Assembly: GCA_045592105.1 (NCBI GenBank)
Contig: JAZNUB010000069.1
Location: 114,273 to 178,272, forward strand
Origin: Eubacteriales bacterium
Lineage (GTDB): Bacteria; Bacillota; Clostridia; Oscillospirales; CAG-382
Direction: 5' to 3'
DNA: 64,000 bases
Shown here piece after piece: positions 47,037 to 58,312 of the stretch. The first letter of the stretch is position 1. Each line of letters begins with the position of its first letter. The notes under the pieces were generated by a model that was not told the origin of the DNA, did no database searches, and saw only the letters and a list, made by a program, of their open reading frames with translations. Position numbers and translations under genes: made by a program.

Positions 47037-48098
47037 ATGAGCAGCTATTTGTCCAAACGCCTTTCAGCGCTAAAGCCCTATGTTCCGGGTGAACAGCCGA
47101 TAGGCAGAAAATATATTAAGCTTAATACTAATGAATCCCCATATCCACCGTCACCCCTTGTGGTTGACGCGATAGACAAAACAGCAATAGAAGAGCTTAA
47201 GCTGTATTCAGACCCCGATTTAAGAGCTTTGATAGACGCGCTTTCTAAGTATTACAACGTGCCTAAGGAATGTATATTCTGCGGCAACGGAAGCGATGAA
47301 GTTTTAAGCTTTGCGTTCTTGGCATGGGGAAGTGACAGCGGCGTTGCTTACCCCGATATAAGCTATGGATTTTATCCTGTTTTTGCTGAGCTGTACGGTT
47401 TAAATTCGTTGGTTATCCCTCTAAATGAAAGCTTTGAAATAAACCTTGAACAATACAACGGCTTTAAGGGGCTTATAGTTTTTGCAAACCCTAACGCGCC
47501 AACGGGGCTGATACTGCCTGTTCACCAAATAAGAGAGCTTGCAAAAAACAACCCTCAAAGCGTTATTTTGGTTGATGAAGCGTATATAGATTTCGGCGGA
47601 GAAACTGCACTTCCATTGATTTTTGAGCTTAACAATGTTGTTGTTGTGCGCACCTTTTCCAAATCGCGCCAGCTTGCAGGTGCAAGGCTTGGCTATGCCT
47701 TTGCAAATGCTGAGCTTATTAGCGACCTTAACAGGATAAAGTTCAGCTTCAACCCATATAACGTAAACCGTCTAACCGCTATTGCGGGAGCAAAAGCTGT
47801 TGAGGACAGCGGCTACTTTGAAAACTGCAAGGCTAAAGTAATTGCAACGAGAAATGTATTGATGCAAGGGCTTAAACAGCTTGGCTTTAGCTTGACTAAC
47901 AGTATGGCAAATTTTGTTTTTGCAAAGCACCCGAAAATCAGCGGTAACAGGTATTACGAAGCTTTAAAGGAAAAGGGTATACTTGTAAGGCATTTTTCGG
48001 CAGAACGCGTTAACGAATACGTTCGTATTACCGTTGGCACAGATGAGGAAATAGAAGCTCTTCTTGCCGCAACCGCCGAGATATTGCAGGAGGTTTAA
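47037..48098 (+). CDS. hisC: Histidinol-phosphate aminotransferase
   Basis: KLNTNESPY, NPNAPTG, DEAY, TFSK. Confidence 0.95.
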   Translation: MSSYLSKRLSALKPYVPGEQPIGRKYIKLNTNESPYPPSPLVVDAIDKTAIEELKLYSDPDLRALIDALSKYYNVPKECIFCGNGSDEVLSFAFLAWGSDSGVAYPDISYGFYPVFAELYGLNSLVIPLNESFEINLEQYNGFKGLIVFANPNAPTGLILPVHQIRELAKNNPQSVILVDEAYIDFGGETALPLIFELNNVVVVRTFSKSRQLAGARLGYAFANAELISDLNRIKFSFNPYNVNRLTAIAGAKAVEDSGYFENCKAKVIATRNVLMQGLKQLGFSLTNSMANFVFAKHPKISGNRYYEALKEKGILVRHFSAERVNEYVRITVGTDEEIEALLAATAEILQEV

Positions 48099-48101
48099 AA
48101 T

Positions 48102-48689
48102 ATGAGAGAGGCCAATATAGCACGCAAAACGGGCGAAACCAATATAAAGCTTTCGCTTTGTATAGACGGTAACGGAAGCTACACGGTTAATACAGGCTGT
48201 GGATTTTTAAACCACATGTTGGAGCTTTTTTCTAAACATTCCGGCTTTGATTTAAACGTTCAATGTGTTGGAGATACCGATGTTGACTATCATCACACAA
48301 CTGAAGATATAGGCATAGTTTTAGGCTGTGCATTCAAGCAGGCGCTTGGTAATGCCATGGGGATAAAACGCTATGGCAATATGCTTTTGCCTATGGATGA
48401 AGCGTTGGTGCTTGCGGCTGTGGACGTATCAGGCAGAGGGTATTTGGTGTTTAACGTAAATATCCCCACCGCTAAGGTTGGTGATTTTGATACCGAGCTT
48501 GTGGAGGAGTTTTTCGGTGCTTTTTGCCGTAACGCTGGTATAACGTTGAATATACGCGGTATAGACGGAACTAATAGCCACCATATTATCGAAGCGGCGT
48601 TTAAAGCAACTGCAAGAGCTTTAAGGGAGGCTGTTGCTATCGACGAAAGCCGCCCTAATCAAATACCAAGCACAAAAGGAATTATATAG
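48102..48689 (+). CDS. hisB: Imidazoleglycerol-phosphate dehydratase
   Basis: FLNHML, HHTTED, PMDE, NSHHIIEA, PSTKG. Confidence 0.96.
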   Translation: MREANIARKTGETNIKLSLCIDGNGSYTVNTGCGFLNHMLELFSKHSGFDLNVQCVGDTDVDYHHTTEDIGIVLGCAFKQALGNAMGIKRYGNMLLPMDEALVLAAVDVSGRGYLVFNVNIPTAKVGDFDTELVEEFFGAFCRNAGITLNIRGIDGTNSHHIIEAAFKATARALREAVAIDESRPNQIPSTKGII

Positions 48690-48691
48690 CT

Positions 48692-49315
48692 ATGGTTAAT
48701 AATGTAACCGCAATAGTTGACTACGGCGTTGGCAACCTGTTTAGCTTAAGCTCATCGCTAAAGGCTGTTGGCGCAAACGTTGTTATTACAAACGATAAAA
48801 AAACTTTAGAAAACGCTGATAGGATAGTTTTGCCCGGCGTTGGTGCCTTTTCGGATGCTTATGCGAAGCTGTGCGAGAACTCGCTTGACAAGGTGGTTAA
48901 AGAGTGTGCCGCTAACGGCAAGCCGATACTTGGTATATGCTTAGGTATGCAGCTGCTGTTTGATAACAGCCTTGAGTATGGAAACCACAAGGGCTTAGGG
49001 CTTATACCGGGTTCTGTTGTGCCTCTCAAAGGCAAGATAAGCGAAACGCTTAAGGTGCCGCATATCGGCTGGAATAAGCTTGTAATGAAAGACGGCGAAG
49101 CTGTTTTTAAGTACGTATCAGACGGTGCGTATGCATATTTCGTTCACAGCTATTACGCAGAAACGGATGAAAAATACGTCATAGCTCATAGCGAATATGA
49201 CATAAAGGTTACGGCTGCCGTTCGCAACGGTAATGTTTTCGGGATGCAGTACCATCCCGAAAAAAGCGGCAACAAGGGCTTGCTTATGTTAAAGGCTTTT
49301 TGCGAGGAGGAGTAG
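48692..49315 (+). CDS. hisH: IGP synthase glutaminase subunit
   Basis: DYGVGN, LPGVG, GICLGMQ, HPEKS. Confidence 0.96.
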   Translation: MVNNVTAIVDYGVGNLFSLSSSLKAVGANVVITNDKKTLENADRIVLPGVGAFSDAYAKLCENSLDKVVKECAANGKPILGICLGMQLLFDNSLEYGNHKGLGLIPGSVVPLKGKISETLKVPHIGWNKLVMKDGEAVFKYVSDGAYAYFVHSYYAETDEKYVIAHSEYDIKVTAAVRNGNVFGMQYHPEKSGNKGLLMLKAFCEEE

Positions 49316-49322
49316 TATATTT

Positions 49323-50045
49323 ATGAAGGTTTTTCCTGCAATAGATTTATCAAACTCAAAGGTAGTACGTTTGTATAAAGGCGATTATGATAAGCTAACA
49401 GTTTATGACGAGGATGCTGTTTCGGTTGCAAAAAGCTTTTATAATCAAGGCGCACGTTATTTGCACATTGTTGATCTTGACGGAGCAAAGGACGGCGCAA
49501 CAAGCAATTTTAAGCTTATAGAGCAAATCGTTTCCGCTACAGGTATGTACTGTGAGGTAGGTGGCGGTATCCGCACGATGGAAAGCATTGATACCTATAT
49601 CAGCCACGGTGCTGCACGCGTTATATTGGGCACAGCCGCTATTAACAACCCCAAGCTGTTAAGTGATGCCGTAAGCAAATATGGCGAAAAAATTGCCGTT
49701 GGCGTGGACACAAAGAACGGCAAGGTTGCCGTTAAAGGGTGGACCGAAACTACGGATATAAACGGCATTGAGTTTTGCAAGGAGCTTAAAAACAAGGGCG
49801 TAAAGCACGTTATATATACTGATATTTCAAAGGACGGAACCTTGCAGGGTACAAACCTTGAGCTATACAAGGAGCTTGCAGAAATTGAAGGGCTTACCGT
49901 TACTGCAAGCGGTGGTGTAACTTTTGTATCCGAGGTTTTACAGCTTAATAAGTACGGGATAGATTCTGTTATCCTTGGCAAAGCCATATACGAGGGCGTT
50001 CTTAACCTTGCGGAGGTTATTCAGGTGTTAGGAGGCGCGCAATGA
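49323..50045 (+). CDS. hisA: ProFAR isomerase
   Basis: FPAIDL, VDLDGA, VGGGIR, TDISKDG. Confidence 0.95.
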   Translation: MKVFPAIDLSNSKVVRLYKGDYDKLTVYDEDAVSVAKSFYNQGARYLHIVDLDGAKDGATSNFKLIEQIVSATGMYCEVGGGIRTMESIDTYISHGAARVILGTAAINNPKLLSDAVSKYGEKIAVGVDTKNGKVAVKGWTETTDINGIEFCKELKNKGVKHVIYTDISKDGTLQGTNLELYKELAEIEGLTVTASGGVTFVSEVLQLNKYGIDSVILGKAIYEGVLNLAEVIQVLGGAQ

Positions 50046-50800
50046 TAACAAAGCGTATTATACCGTGCCTTGACGTTAGAAACGGCAGAGTTGTTAAGGG
50101 TACGAACTTTGAAAACGTTAAAGACATTGCCGACCCTGTAGAAATGGCACATTATTACAACGACAGCGGGGCAGACGAGCTTGTGTTTTACGATATCACA
50201 GCCACGTTTGACGGCAGAAAGCTGTTTACCGATGTTTTAACTCGTGTTGCCGCAGAGGTGTTTATCCCGCTAACTGTTGGCGGCGGCATTAACAGCGTTG
50301 CAGATTTTGACAGGGTTCTTAAATGCGGGGCGGACAAGGTTAGCGTAAACAGCGGTGCTATTAAAAACCCCAAGCTTATTGAAGAAGCCGCAAAGCTTTA
50401 CGGCGACCAATGTGTTGTGCTTTCAATGGACGTTAAGCGCGTGGATGGGTGTTTCCGTGTGTTTGCGCGCGGTGGCAGAGATGATACGGGTATAGATGCT
50501 ATTGAGTGGGCAAAAAGAGGTGAAGCAAGCGGTGCGGGCGAGCTTGTTATTAACAGCATAGATACCGATGGCGTGCGAGGCGGCTTTGATTTAGAGCTTT
50601 TAAAGGCTATATCGGATGTTACAAGTATACCTATCATAGCATCGGGCGGTGCAGGAAATATGGAGCATTTTCTTACGCTGTTTAGGTCTGTTCCAAAGGT
50701 TGATGCAGGGCTTGCGGCAGGGATTTTCCACACCGGTTTGGTTACTATTTCGGGGCTTAAAGAATATCTTTTTAACAACGGTATTGAAATGCGAATATAA
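50042..50800 (+). CDS. hisF: IGP synthase cyclase subunit
   Basis: [25 protein letters not shown]. Confidence 0.96.
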   Translation: MITKRIIPCLDVRNGRVVKGTNFENVKDIADPVEMAHYYNDSGADELVFYDITATFDGRKLFTDVLTRVAAEVFIPLTVGGGINSVADFDRVLKCGADKVSVNSGAIKNPKLIEEAAKLYGDQCVVLSMDVKRVDGCFRVFARGGRDDTGIDAIEWAKRGEASGAGELVINSIDTDGVRGGFDLELLKAISDVTSIPIIASGGAGNMEHFLTLFRSVPKVDAGLAAGIFHTGLVTISGLKEYLFNNGIEMRI

Positions 50801-50811
50801 GGAGAAATAAT

Positions 50812-51447
50812 ATGCAGCTTAAATATGATGAAAAAGGCTTGATACCTGTTATTGTACAGGACACATACACTAAAGAGGTTTTAACACTTGCGTATATGAA
50901 CGAGGAAACCCTTGGTTTAACGCTTTCTGAAAAACGCACCGTTTTTTATAGCAGAAGCAGGCAATGTATATGGCGCAAGGGCGAAACCAGCGGCAATATA
51001 CAGCGCGTTGTTTCTATCAAGGCGGATTGTGATGGCGATGCGCTTGTTATTGAGGTTGATAAGAACGGCCCCGCTTGCCATACAGGCGCTGAAAGCTGTT
51101 TTAACGAGGCCTTGTATATCAGCGACGAGATAGCACCGTTCTGCATAGATGCTCTTTTCAGCTTGCTTGTTGGCAGAAAAACCAACCCCAAAGAGGGAAG
51201 CTATACAAGCTATCTGTTTGACAAAGGTATAGACAAGATACTTAAAAAGGTTGGCGAGGAATGCACGGAGGTAATTATTGCTGGTACAAAGCGCGATAAA
51301 GAAGAAGCCGTTTTTGAGCTTGCAGATCTTGTTTATCATTGCATAGTGCTTATGGTAGAATCCGGAATAACCTTAAATGACGTAAGAAAAGAGCTTGCTA
51401 AGCGCCATATAGTTGACCACAAGGTTAAGCAGGAGACGATGAAATGA
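50812..51447 (+). CDS. hisIE: Bifunctional PR-AMP cyclohydrolase / PR-ATP pyrophosphatase
   Basis: [32 protein letters not shown]. Confidence 0.95.
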   Translation: MQLKYDEKGLIPVIVQDTYTKEVLTLAYMNEETLGLTLSEKRTVFYSRSRQCIWRKGETSGNIQRVVSIKADCDGDALVIEVDKNGPACHTGAESCFNEALYISDEIAPFCIDALFSLLVGRKTNPKEGSYTSYLFDKGIDKILKKVGEECTEVIIAGTKRDKEEAVFELADLVYHCIVLMVESGITLNDVRKELAKRHIVDHKVKQETMK

Positions 51448-52262
51448 TAAGGTCCTGCGTACATACGCATACCGTTTTTTGCGATGGCAAAAATACTATG
51501 TATGAAATGGCTGAAAGTGCATACGAAGCAGGACTTGATACCTTGGGTTTTTCCGGCCACAGCTATGTGGAGCTTGATGATTTCGGCATCAAAAGCGAAA
51601 CGATGGAGCAGTACCGTTCCGAAGCGCATCGCGTAAAAAAGCTGTTTGAAGGAAAGCTTGATATCCTTTGCGGTATAGAGCTTGATAGCTGTGCGCCCGA
51701 AAGCTTTGATTTAAGCGGGCTTGATTACATAATAGGTTCCGCGCACGAGGTTAAGGGCGATGACGGCGTTGTTTATATTATTGACGGAACGCATGAAAGG
51801 CTTGTGCAAGCGGCTGACTATGGCTTTAACGGCAGCATAGAACGCTTATACACAGCGTACTATGACCAGTTTGTTACCTTTTTGGAGAAGAAAAAGCCAA
51901 CAATTGTTGGGCATTTTGATTTGATTACAAAGTTTAATGAAAAGCACCGTATTTTTGATGATAACAGCAACAAGTATAAGGATGTTGCTATATCAATGCT
52001 TGACAGGGTTTTGAAGCATGATATGGTTATTGAGCTTAACGTAGGTGCTATAGCGCGTGGGTACAGAACGCTTCCGTATCCCGCAGGCTTTCTGCTTGAG
52101 CGCATACTTCAAAAAAACGGCAGGTTAATTATTACTACCGATGCTCATTCTAAAGCAACGCTTGCTCATTGGACTTCTGAGGCGGAGCAGTATTTGCAAG
52201 CAATTGGCTTTAAAACCGTTTTAGAGCTTGGAGTAAACGGTTTTTACGAGCGTAAATTGTAA
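51444..52262 (+). CDS. PHP-family histidinol-phosphatase (HisK/HisJ type)
   Basis: HTHT, GFSGHS, GIELD, GHFD, TDAH; last gene of the his operon. Confidence 0.85.
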   Translation: MIRSCVHTHTVFCDGKNTMYEMAESAYEAGLDTLGFSGHSYVELDDFGIKSETMEQYRSEAHRVKKLFEGKLDILCGIELDSCAPESFDLSGLDYIIGSAHEVKGDDGVVYIIDGTHERLVQAADYGFNGSIERLYTAYYDQFVTFLEKKKPTIVGHFDLITKFNEKHRIFDDNSNKYKDVAISMLDRVLKHDMVIELNVGAIARGYRTLPYPAGFLLERILQKNGRLIITTDAHSKATLAHWTSEAEQYLQAIGFKTVLELGVNGFYERKL

Positions 52263-52267
52263 ACTAA

Positions 52268-52308
52268 AGGCTGTACCATAACGCAGATATTTGCGTATGC
52301 TACAGCCT
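52268..52308. terminator. Terminator after the his operon
   Basis: AGGCTGTA..ACGCA/TGCGT..TACAGCCT followed by a T-run. Confidence 0.7.
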
Positions 52309-52317
52309 GATTTTTAG

Positions 52318-52524
52318 TTATTCGCTTTCAACGGGTACGTGCTTTTTAAACAGCAAGGTTACGCAGTAAATACCGGCAAGTGCAACAACGGTATAGATTA
52401 TTCTGCTAAGCGGTTCGGATTGACCGCCGAATATCCATGCAACGATGTCAAAACGGAACAAACCTATTGAACCCCAGTTTAAAGCACCGATTATAACCAA
52501 AGCAAGAGAAATTCTATCAAGCAT
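52318..52524 (-). CDS. DUF378-family small membrane protein
   Basis: LVIIGALNWG..FDIVAWIFG..RIIYTVV. Confidence 0.85.
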   Translation of the reverse strand: MLDRISLALVIIGALNWGSIGLFRFDIVAWIFGGQSEPLSRIIYTVVALAGIYCVTLLFKKHVPVESE

Positions 52525-52650
52525 CTTTTCATCTCCTCTCTTGGCTATATTTTATACACAAACAAAAAAACTATTCATTAAAAACACCATTGACAAAAGA
52601 TAGAAAAAAATGTATTATTCTTTTAGCAACATAAAACGGAGATATGTATT

Positions 52651-53292
52651 ATGAGAATGCGAACAAAAAAGAATAGAGAAGCAAGGCTTAAAAAGGTTGA
52701 GGATTTATTTGTTGTTTGCGAAGGCGAAAAAATTGATGTTACAGAAAGCTTTGATAAAAAACGCCCGCTATGGTTGGAGATTGGTTGCGGCAAAGGCACG
52801 TTTGCAACTCAAATGTCTACACGGCATACCGAAGTAAACTATTTAGCCTTCGAGAAAGTTATCGACGTTATGATGATGGCTATGGAAAAAGCAGCAAGGG
52901 AAGGCTGCGGAAACCTGCGCTTTTATAACGGCGATGCAGAGAATATTTGTGCGCTGTTAGAGGGCGAAGAGCTGGACAGAATATTTATTAATTTTTGTGA
53001 CCCATGGCCTAAAAAGCGTAATGCAAAACGGCGTTTAACATCCCCTTTGTTTTTGGAAAAATATAAAAAGCTTCTTGCTAACGGTGCGCGTATATATTTT
53101 AAAACCGATAACCGCGATTTATTCGATTATTCCTTGGAGCAGTTTGTAGAGTGCGGTTATACTCTTGAGAACATTTGCTACGATTTGCATGCATCTGAGC
53201 TGAACGAGGGGAATATAGAAACAGAATACGAAAGAAACTTTTCAGAAAAAGGCTTTAAGATTAATTATGTAGAAGCTTTTATCAAAGAATAG
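52651..53292 (+). CDS. trmB: tRNA m7G46 methyltransferase
   Basis: EIGCGKG, NFCDPWPK, KTD, TEYE. Confidence 0.95.
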   Translation: MRMRTKKNREARLKKVEDLFVVCEGEKIDVTESFDKKRPLWLEIGCGKGTFATQMSTRHTEVNYLAFEKVIDVMMMAMEKAAREGCGNLRFYNGDAENICALLEGEELDRIFINFCDPWPKKRNAKRRLTSPLFLEKYKKLLANGARIYFKTDNRDLFDYSLEQFVECGYTLENICYDLHASELNEGNIETEYERNFSEKGFKINYVEAFIKE

Positions 53293-53299
53293 AAATAAC

Positions 53300-53326
53300 G
53301 GGCTGTAAAAAAGTTATTTACAGCCC
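53300..53326. terminator. Terminator between convergent genes
   Basis: GGGCTGTAAA..TTTACAGCCC. Confidence 0.7.
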
Positions 53327-53335
53327 ATTGATTGT

Positions 53336-53911
53336 TTATAGAGAGAGATTGTCCAGCGGTTCAAAAAATGCTTTTAGGAAGTTGTCTATAAAGTAGCCAA
53401 GCTCCTCACACTCGCACGCGTCCAACGCGGATTTTGTTGCTTTTTCTGCGTGTGAAAACTCTATATTACCGCTTAAAACCTCGTTTTTGCATTTTATATA
53501 CGCACAAAGCTTGTCTGCCGCTTTTATCAGCTTCCTTTCGTCCTCGCTTAAAGAAAACGCGCTTTCATAGCTATCATATAGCTCCTTCGGCAACAAGGAA
53601 AGAATCTTTTCCTCAGCACATTTTTCAACTTTTGCGTATGCTTGGCGTATATCTGTATTGTAGTATTTTATCGGCGTTGGCAAATCCCCCGTCATAATCT
53701 CCGTTGCATCGTGATATATAGCCTTAAGCGCAATAGCATCGGCGTTGTAGGCTTTATTAAAATACGTGTTGCCTATATTTGCAAGTGCGTTGGCTATTAT
53801 CGCCGTTTCCAAAGAGTGCTCAGACAGGTTTTCTTTGGTGGTGCAACGCATAAGCGCCCATCTGTCGATATACTTCATCCTAAACATTAGTGCAAAAAAT
53901 CCATAGTTCAT
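53336..53911 (-). CDS. yfbR: HD-domain 5'-deoxynucleotidase (YfbR-like)
   Basis: RMKYIDRWALM, ENLSEHS, YHDATE..GDLPTPIKY, ADKLCAYIKC. Confidence 0.88.
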   Translation of the reverse strand: MNYGFFALMFRMKYIDRWALMRCTTKENLSEHSLETAIIANALANIGNTYFNKAYNADAIALKAIYHDATEIMTGDLPTPIKYYNTDIRQAYAKVEKCAEEKILSLLPKELYDSYESAFSLSEDERKLIKAADKLCAYIKCKNEVLSGNIEFSHAEKATKSALDACECEELGYFIDNFLKAFFEPLDNLSL

Positions 53912-54038
53912 AATAAACACCGCCTTTATCTTAAATAATATCACAAAACTTAAAGTAAGTAAACCAAAACTTTCAAAACCTATTGAAAAAGATAAAATAA
54001 ATGTTATAATTTATTTGTATTGTTAGGAGCTGATAGGT

Positions 54039-54902
54039 ATGAAGTTTACAAAGATGCAAGCTTACGGTAACGATTACGTTTATGTACCCTTGCTTGATAT
54101 AGATATGGAAAACCCATCTAAATGGGCGCGTTTTTTATCGCACCGCCGTTTTGGCGTTGGTAGCGATGGGATGGTTTTAATATGCCCGTCTAATGTGGCT
54201 GATTTTAGAATGCGTATCTTTAACCCCGATGGGTCTGAGGCGGAAATGTGCGGCAACGCGATAAGAAGCACTGGGATGCTTGTATACGAAAAGGGATATA
54301 CAAGCAAAACAACCTTCACTATTGAAACCTTAGGCGGTATAAAAACCATATACTTAGACGTTAAAGATGGGCACGTTGTTAATATAACCGCCGCTATAGG
54401 CGCGCCTATTCTTGATTACAAAAAAGTTCCTTCAACCGTTTGCGATGCTAACGGAAGCTGTTTGAACGTTCCGATAGAGGTTTTAGGGGAAACAATGCTT
54501 ATCAACGCTATATCCTTGGGCAATCCGCATTGCGTTGTTTTTGTTGAGGATGCGTTTGGCTTTGATATTGACAAATACGGTCCCGTGGTGGAGTGCCACA
54601 AGGTTCTTCCGCAAAAAGCTAACGTTGAATTTGTTCAGGTTATGGATAGAAAAAATCTGCGTATGCGTACTTGGGAGCGCAACTGCGGTGAAACCTTGGC
54701 GTGTGCCACAGGCTGTAGCGCGGCAACGGTTTGCGGATATCTTACAGGGCGTTGCGGGCCTGAAACAACCGTTCATCAGCTTGGCGGTGATATCACGATA
54801 AGATACGATACAAAAGAAAACTGTATATATATGACAGGCGCCTCCGTAATTGTTTTTGATGGCGAGGCAGACTATAACGCTTTTAAGGAGTTTGAACTAT
54901 GA
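54039..54902 (+). CDS. dapF: Diaminopimelate epimerase
   Basis: FTKMQ..GND, EMCGN, GNPH, WER..ETLAC. Confidence 0.93.
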   Translation: MKFTKMQAYGNDYVYVPLLDIDMENPSKWARFLSHRRFGVGSDGMVLICPSNVADFRMRIFNPDGSEAEMCGNAIRSTGMLVYEKGYTSKTTFTIETLGGIKTIYLDVKDGHVVNITAAIGAPILDYKKVPSTVCDANGSCLNVPIEVLGETMLINAISLGNPHCVVFVEDAFGFDIDKYGPVVECHKVLPQKANVEFVQVMDRKNLRMRTWERNCGETLACATGCSAATVCGYLTGRCGPETTVHQLGGDITIRYDTKENCIYMTGASVIVFDGEADYNAFKEFEL

Positions 54903-56353
54903 AGCTTGCAAAATTGCTTGAAAATATAGAATATACCGCTGATAACTTTAACCCCGATATAGATATAAACAATATATGTTATGATTCACGCAAGGCAAAG
55001 GAAGGCGATATATTCGTATGCATAAAGGGCTATCAAAGCGATGGGCATAAGTATGCTAAATACGCTTACAACAGCGGCGTTCGCGTTTTTGCTGTTGAAA
55101 AGGTTTTGGATTTGCCCGATGATGCTACATTAATTTACGTTGATGATACCCGCAAGTTTTTGGCTTTGGCTTCTGCCGCTTATTTCGGCTATCCTGCAAA
55201 GAACCTTACAACGGTTGCTATTACAGGCACTAAAGGCAAAACAAGTATAAGCTTTATGCTTAAAACGATATTTGAAAACGCAGGTATAAAAACGGGTATA
55301 ATAGGTACAACGGGTATATATTACGGTGATACCTCTATAAAAACAGAAAACTCCACGCCGGAGTCTTATGAGATACACTATCATTTTGCAAAGATGGCAG
55401 AGGCGGGCTGTAAAGCCGTTGTAATCGAAGCAACTTCGCAAGGCTTTAAGCTTGACAGAACTGCCGGTATTAATTTTGATATTGGCATATACACCAATCT
55501 TTCGCCTGACCATATCGGCGGGAACGAGCACGCAGATTTTGCAGAATATCTAAATTGCAAAAAGATGCTGTTTAAACAGTGCAAAAACGGCATAGCTAAT
55601 GCTGATAGTCAGTATTTTGCAGAAATTACCAAAAACGCAGTATGCCCCATAAAAACATACGCGCTTGACAGCACGGCTGACTATATGGCTAAAAACCTAA
55701 GCTTCACCACCGATAATAAACAGCTGTGCACAAAGTTTAACTGTGTATACGATAATAACGAGTTTCTTGTTAAATTGAAAATACCGGGTAAATTTTACGT
55801 TTATAATGCGCTTGCGGCAATTTCTACCGCTAAAAGCTTAGGTATTAACGATGATGTGATAGTAAAATCACTTGAGGAAACCTTTGTAAAGGGCAGGATG
55901 GAGATTGTTCCTACCAATAACGGCAGTACCGTTATAATTGATTACGCGCATAACGAGCTTAGCGTTCAAAGCCTTTTTGAAACAATTCGCGTATACAACC
56001 CCAAAAAAATAACCGTTGTTTTTGGTTGCGGCGGCAACCGTTCAAAGCTACGCCGCTATGCGATGGGCGAGATAATTGGTAACAACGCAGATTTTTCTGT
56101 TATAACCTCTGATAACCCGCGTTTTGAGCTTTTGGACATAATTATTGAGGATATCCTTGTTGGTATGCACAAAACAAACGGAAAATATATTATTATTAAC
56201 GACCGCAAGGATGCAATAGAATATGCCGTTAAAAACGCAGTTGAGGGCGAGGTTGTTCTGATCATCGGTAAGGGACACCAGCTTTATGAGGAGATTGAAG
56301 GCATCAAATATAGCTTTGATGAGCGCGAAATTGTTAAAGCGCTAAACGTATAA
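54899..56353 (+). CDS. murE: MurE ligase (meso-DAP type)
   Basis: TGTKGKTS, DYAHN, FGCGG, SDNPR, GKGH. Confidence 0.93.
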   Translation: MKLAKLLENIEYTADNFNPDIDINNICYDSRKAKEGDIFVCIKGYQSDGHKYAKYAYNSGVRVFAVEKVLDLPDDATLIYVDDTRKFLALASAAYFGYPAKNLTTVAITGTKGKTSISFMLKTIFENAGIKTGIIGTTGIYYGDTSIKTENSTPESYEIHYHFAKMAEAGCKAVVIEATSQGFKLDRTAGINFDIGIYTNLSPDHIGGNEHADFAEYLNCKKMLFKQCKNGIANADSQYFAEITKNAVCPIKTYALDSTADYMAKNLSFTTDNKQLCTKFNCVYDNNEFLVKLKIPGKFYVYNALAAISTAKSLGINDDVIVKSLEETFVKGRMEIVPTNNGSTVIIDYAHNELSVQSLFETIRVYNPKKITVVFGCGGNRSKLRRYAMGEIIGNNADFSVITSDNPRFELLDIIIEDILVGMHKTNGKYIIINDRKDAIEYAVKNAVEGEVVLIIGKGHQLYEEIEGIKYSFDEREIVKALNV

Positions 56354-56359
56354 AAAACT

Positions 56360-56391
56360 ATCGCCATTGAGTTTTGAAGCTCAATGGCGGT
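56360..56391. terminator. Terminator between convergent genes
   Basis: ATCGCCATTGAG..CTCAATGGCGGT. Confidence 0.75.
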
Positions 56392-56395
56392 ATAA

Positions 56396-57004
56396 TTATA
56401 GCTTAATGTCATCAACCAAGCCGTTCACTATCATAGCCTTTATGTAGCCAACCTCTGCCGTAACGCGCTTGCGGCCGCTTTCGTTGTCTTTCCAATTGGT
56501 CTTATCTATAATGCCAAAGGCAGGGCATGGGTGAACACGCATCTTTTTTGGCATAAGTGCATCGGCAATAAGCATACTTCTTCTCATGTGATATAGCGAC
56601 GTTATGAGAAGCAAATCCTTAACCTCGGATATATACCTAAATTCACGGTGTAGGGCAATAGCACCGCACAGCATATTTTCAATAGTTGTGCGCGCCATAT
56701 TATCAAGCACAACGTCTTTTTCGGGAACGCCGTTCTCAACAGCAAAGCTTTTCATATATTCTGCTTCGGTTAGCCTGCCATACTCCGTATCCAAAAAAAC
56801 GCCGCCGGACATTACAAGCTTTCCGCAGTTACCTGCTTTGTATTGCTTAACTGCTTCGGGTGTACGGTCGATATTAGGGTTATCAGTTCCCAATACCAAT
56901 GCGGCTTGGCAATACGGTATGTTGGTTATAGCCGCTTCAGGGAAAATTATGCTTTCCAGCACGCTGTATTCAGCATTATTAACGTCAAGCTCTGACAAAA
57001 ACAT
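56396..57004 (-). CDS. YdcF/DUF218-family protein
   Basis: VLG, MSGG, TEAEYM, TTIEN, ITSLYHMRRS. Confidence 0.85.
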   Translation of the reverse strand: MFLSELDVNNAEYSVLESIIFPEAAITNIPYCQAALVLGTDNPNIDRTPEAVKQYKAGNCGKLVMSGGVFLDTEYGRLTEAEYMKSFAVENGVPEKDVVLDNMARTTIENMLCGAIALHREFRYISEVKDLLLITSLYHMRRSMLIADALMPKKMRVHPCPAFGIIDKTNWKDNESGRKRVTAEVGYIKAMIVNGLVDDIKL

Positions 57005-57082
57005 TATTATCACCTCTTGTTGTTAATAATAACATAAAATACACTTTTCGTCAATGCGGAAGTGCCTTTAAGGAGTTAAATT

Positions 57083-58312
57083 ATGAACACTGAAATGTTA
57101 AAAAGATATGCAAGGCTTATTGTTGAGGTAGGAATAAACCCCAATAAAGGGCAAAAGCTAATTATCAACTGCCCCGTTGAGTGTGCAGAGTTTGGGCGTA
57201 TGTGTGCAGAGGCGGGCTATAATGCAGGCTGTGGTGAGGTTGTTATGGTATGGAACGATGATGCGTGCAGTCGTTTGAAGTACCTATATGCCGATGAGGC
57301 TGTTTTTGAAAGCTTTCCTGCATGGCAAAAAGTGTTTTTTGATGATTACGCAAAAGAAGGCGCGGCAAAGCTTTCTATATACGCAACAGACCCCGAAAAC
57401 CTTAAGGGCGTTGACCCTAAACGTATAGCAAAATATCAAAAGGTTTCCGGTGCGGCGCTGGGCGAGTACAGAGAGCTGCAAATGAAAAATGCATTCCCTT
57501 GGTGTGTTGCCTCTATCCCTGTTAAATCCTGGGCTAAAAAGGTTTTCCCAACCGATACTGAAGAAAATGCAATGCAAAAGCTTTGGGATGCTATATTAAA
57601 AACTACGCGTGCCGATGGGGAAGAGGACCCTGTAAAGCTTTGGAAGGAGCATATAGGTAACCTTAGCAAGCGAAAGGAAAAGCTTAACAGCTATAATTTT
57701 AAATATTTGAAATATAATAACTCTTTAGGAACGGATTTAACTGTGGCGTTGCCCGAAGGCCATTTTTGGGAGGCAGGTAGCGAAAAAGCAGGCACAGGGC
57801 AAGTTTTTGTGCCCAATATACCAACGGAAGAAATATTTACAGCCCCCAAGCGTGACGGTGTAAACGGTGTTATTTGCGCTTCTTTGCCTTTAGTGCTGGA
57901 CGGCAATATAATAGAAAATATCCGCTTTGTGCTAAAGGACGGCAAGATTATAGAAGCGTATGCGGATACGTGCCTTGATGTTTTGAAAAACGCAATTTCC
58001 GTTGACGACGGTGCCTCTTTCCTTGGCGAGGTAGCGCTTGTTCCATATAAATCACCTATCTCTGATTTGGGCATTTTGTTTTACAACACTTTGTTTGACG
58101 AGAACGCCGCTTGCCATTTTGCTTTCGGCGATTCTTATCCTATGGTTAAAGGCGCGGCGGAAATGTCTGCAAAAGAGCTTTTGGACCTTGGGCTTAACAG
58201 TTCTATAACGCACGAGGACTTTATGATTGGCACAGACGATTTATCAATTGTTGGTATAACCCACGATGGAAAAGAGGTTCCTGTGTTCATTAATGGCAAC
58301 TTTGCGTTCTGA
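57083..58312 (+). CDS. M29-family aminopeptidase (AmpS/PepS-like)
   Basis: PNIPTEEIFT, LGEVAL, LFDENAACHFAFG, HEDFM. Confidence 0.93.
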   Translation: MNTEMLKRYARLIVEVGINPNKGQKLIINCPVECAEFGRMCAEAGYNAGCGEVVMVWNDDACSRLKYLYADEAVFESFPAWQKVFFDDYAKEGAAKLSIYATDPENLKGVDPKRIAKYQKVSGAALGEYRELQMKNAFPWCVASIPVKSWAKKVFPTDTEENAMQKLWDAILKTTRADGEEDPVKLWKEHIGNLSKRKEKLNSYNFKYLKYNNSLGTDLTVALPEGHFWEAGSEKAGTGQVFVPNIPTEEIFTAPKRDGVNGVICASLPLVLDGNIIENIRFVLKDGKIIEAYADTCLDVLKNAISVDDGASFLGEVALVPYKSPISDLGILFYNTLFDENAACHFAFGDSYPMVKGAAEMSAKELLDLGLNSSITHEDFMIGTDDLSIVGITHDGKEVPVFINGNFAF

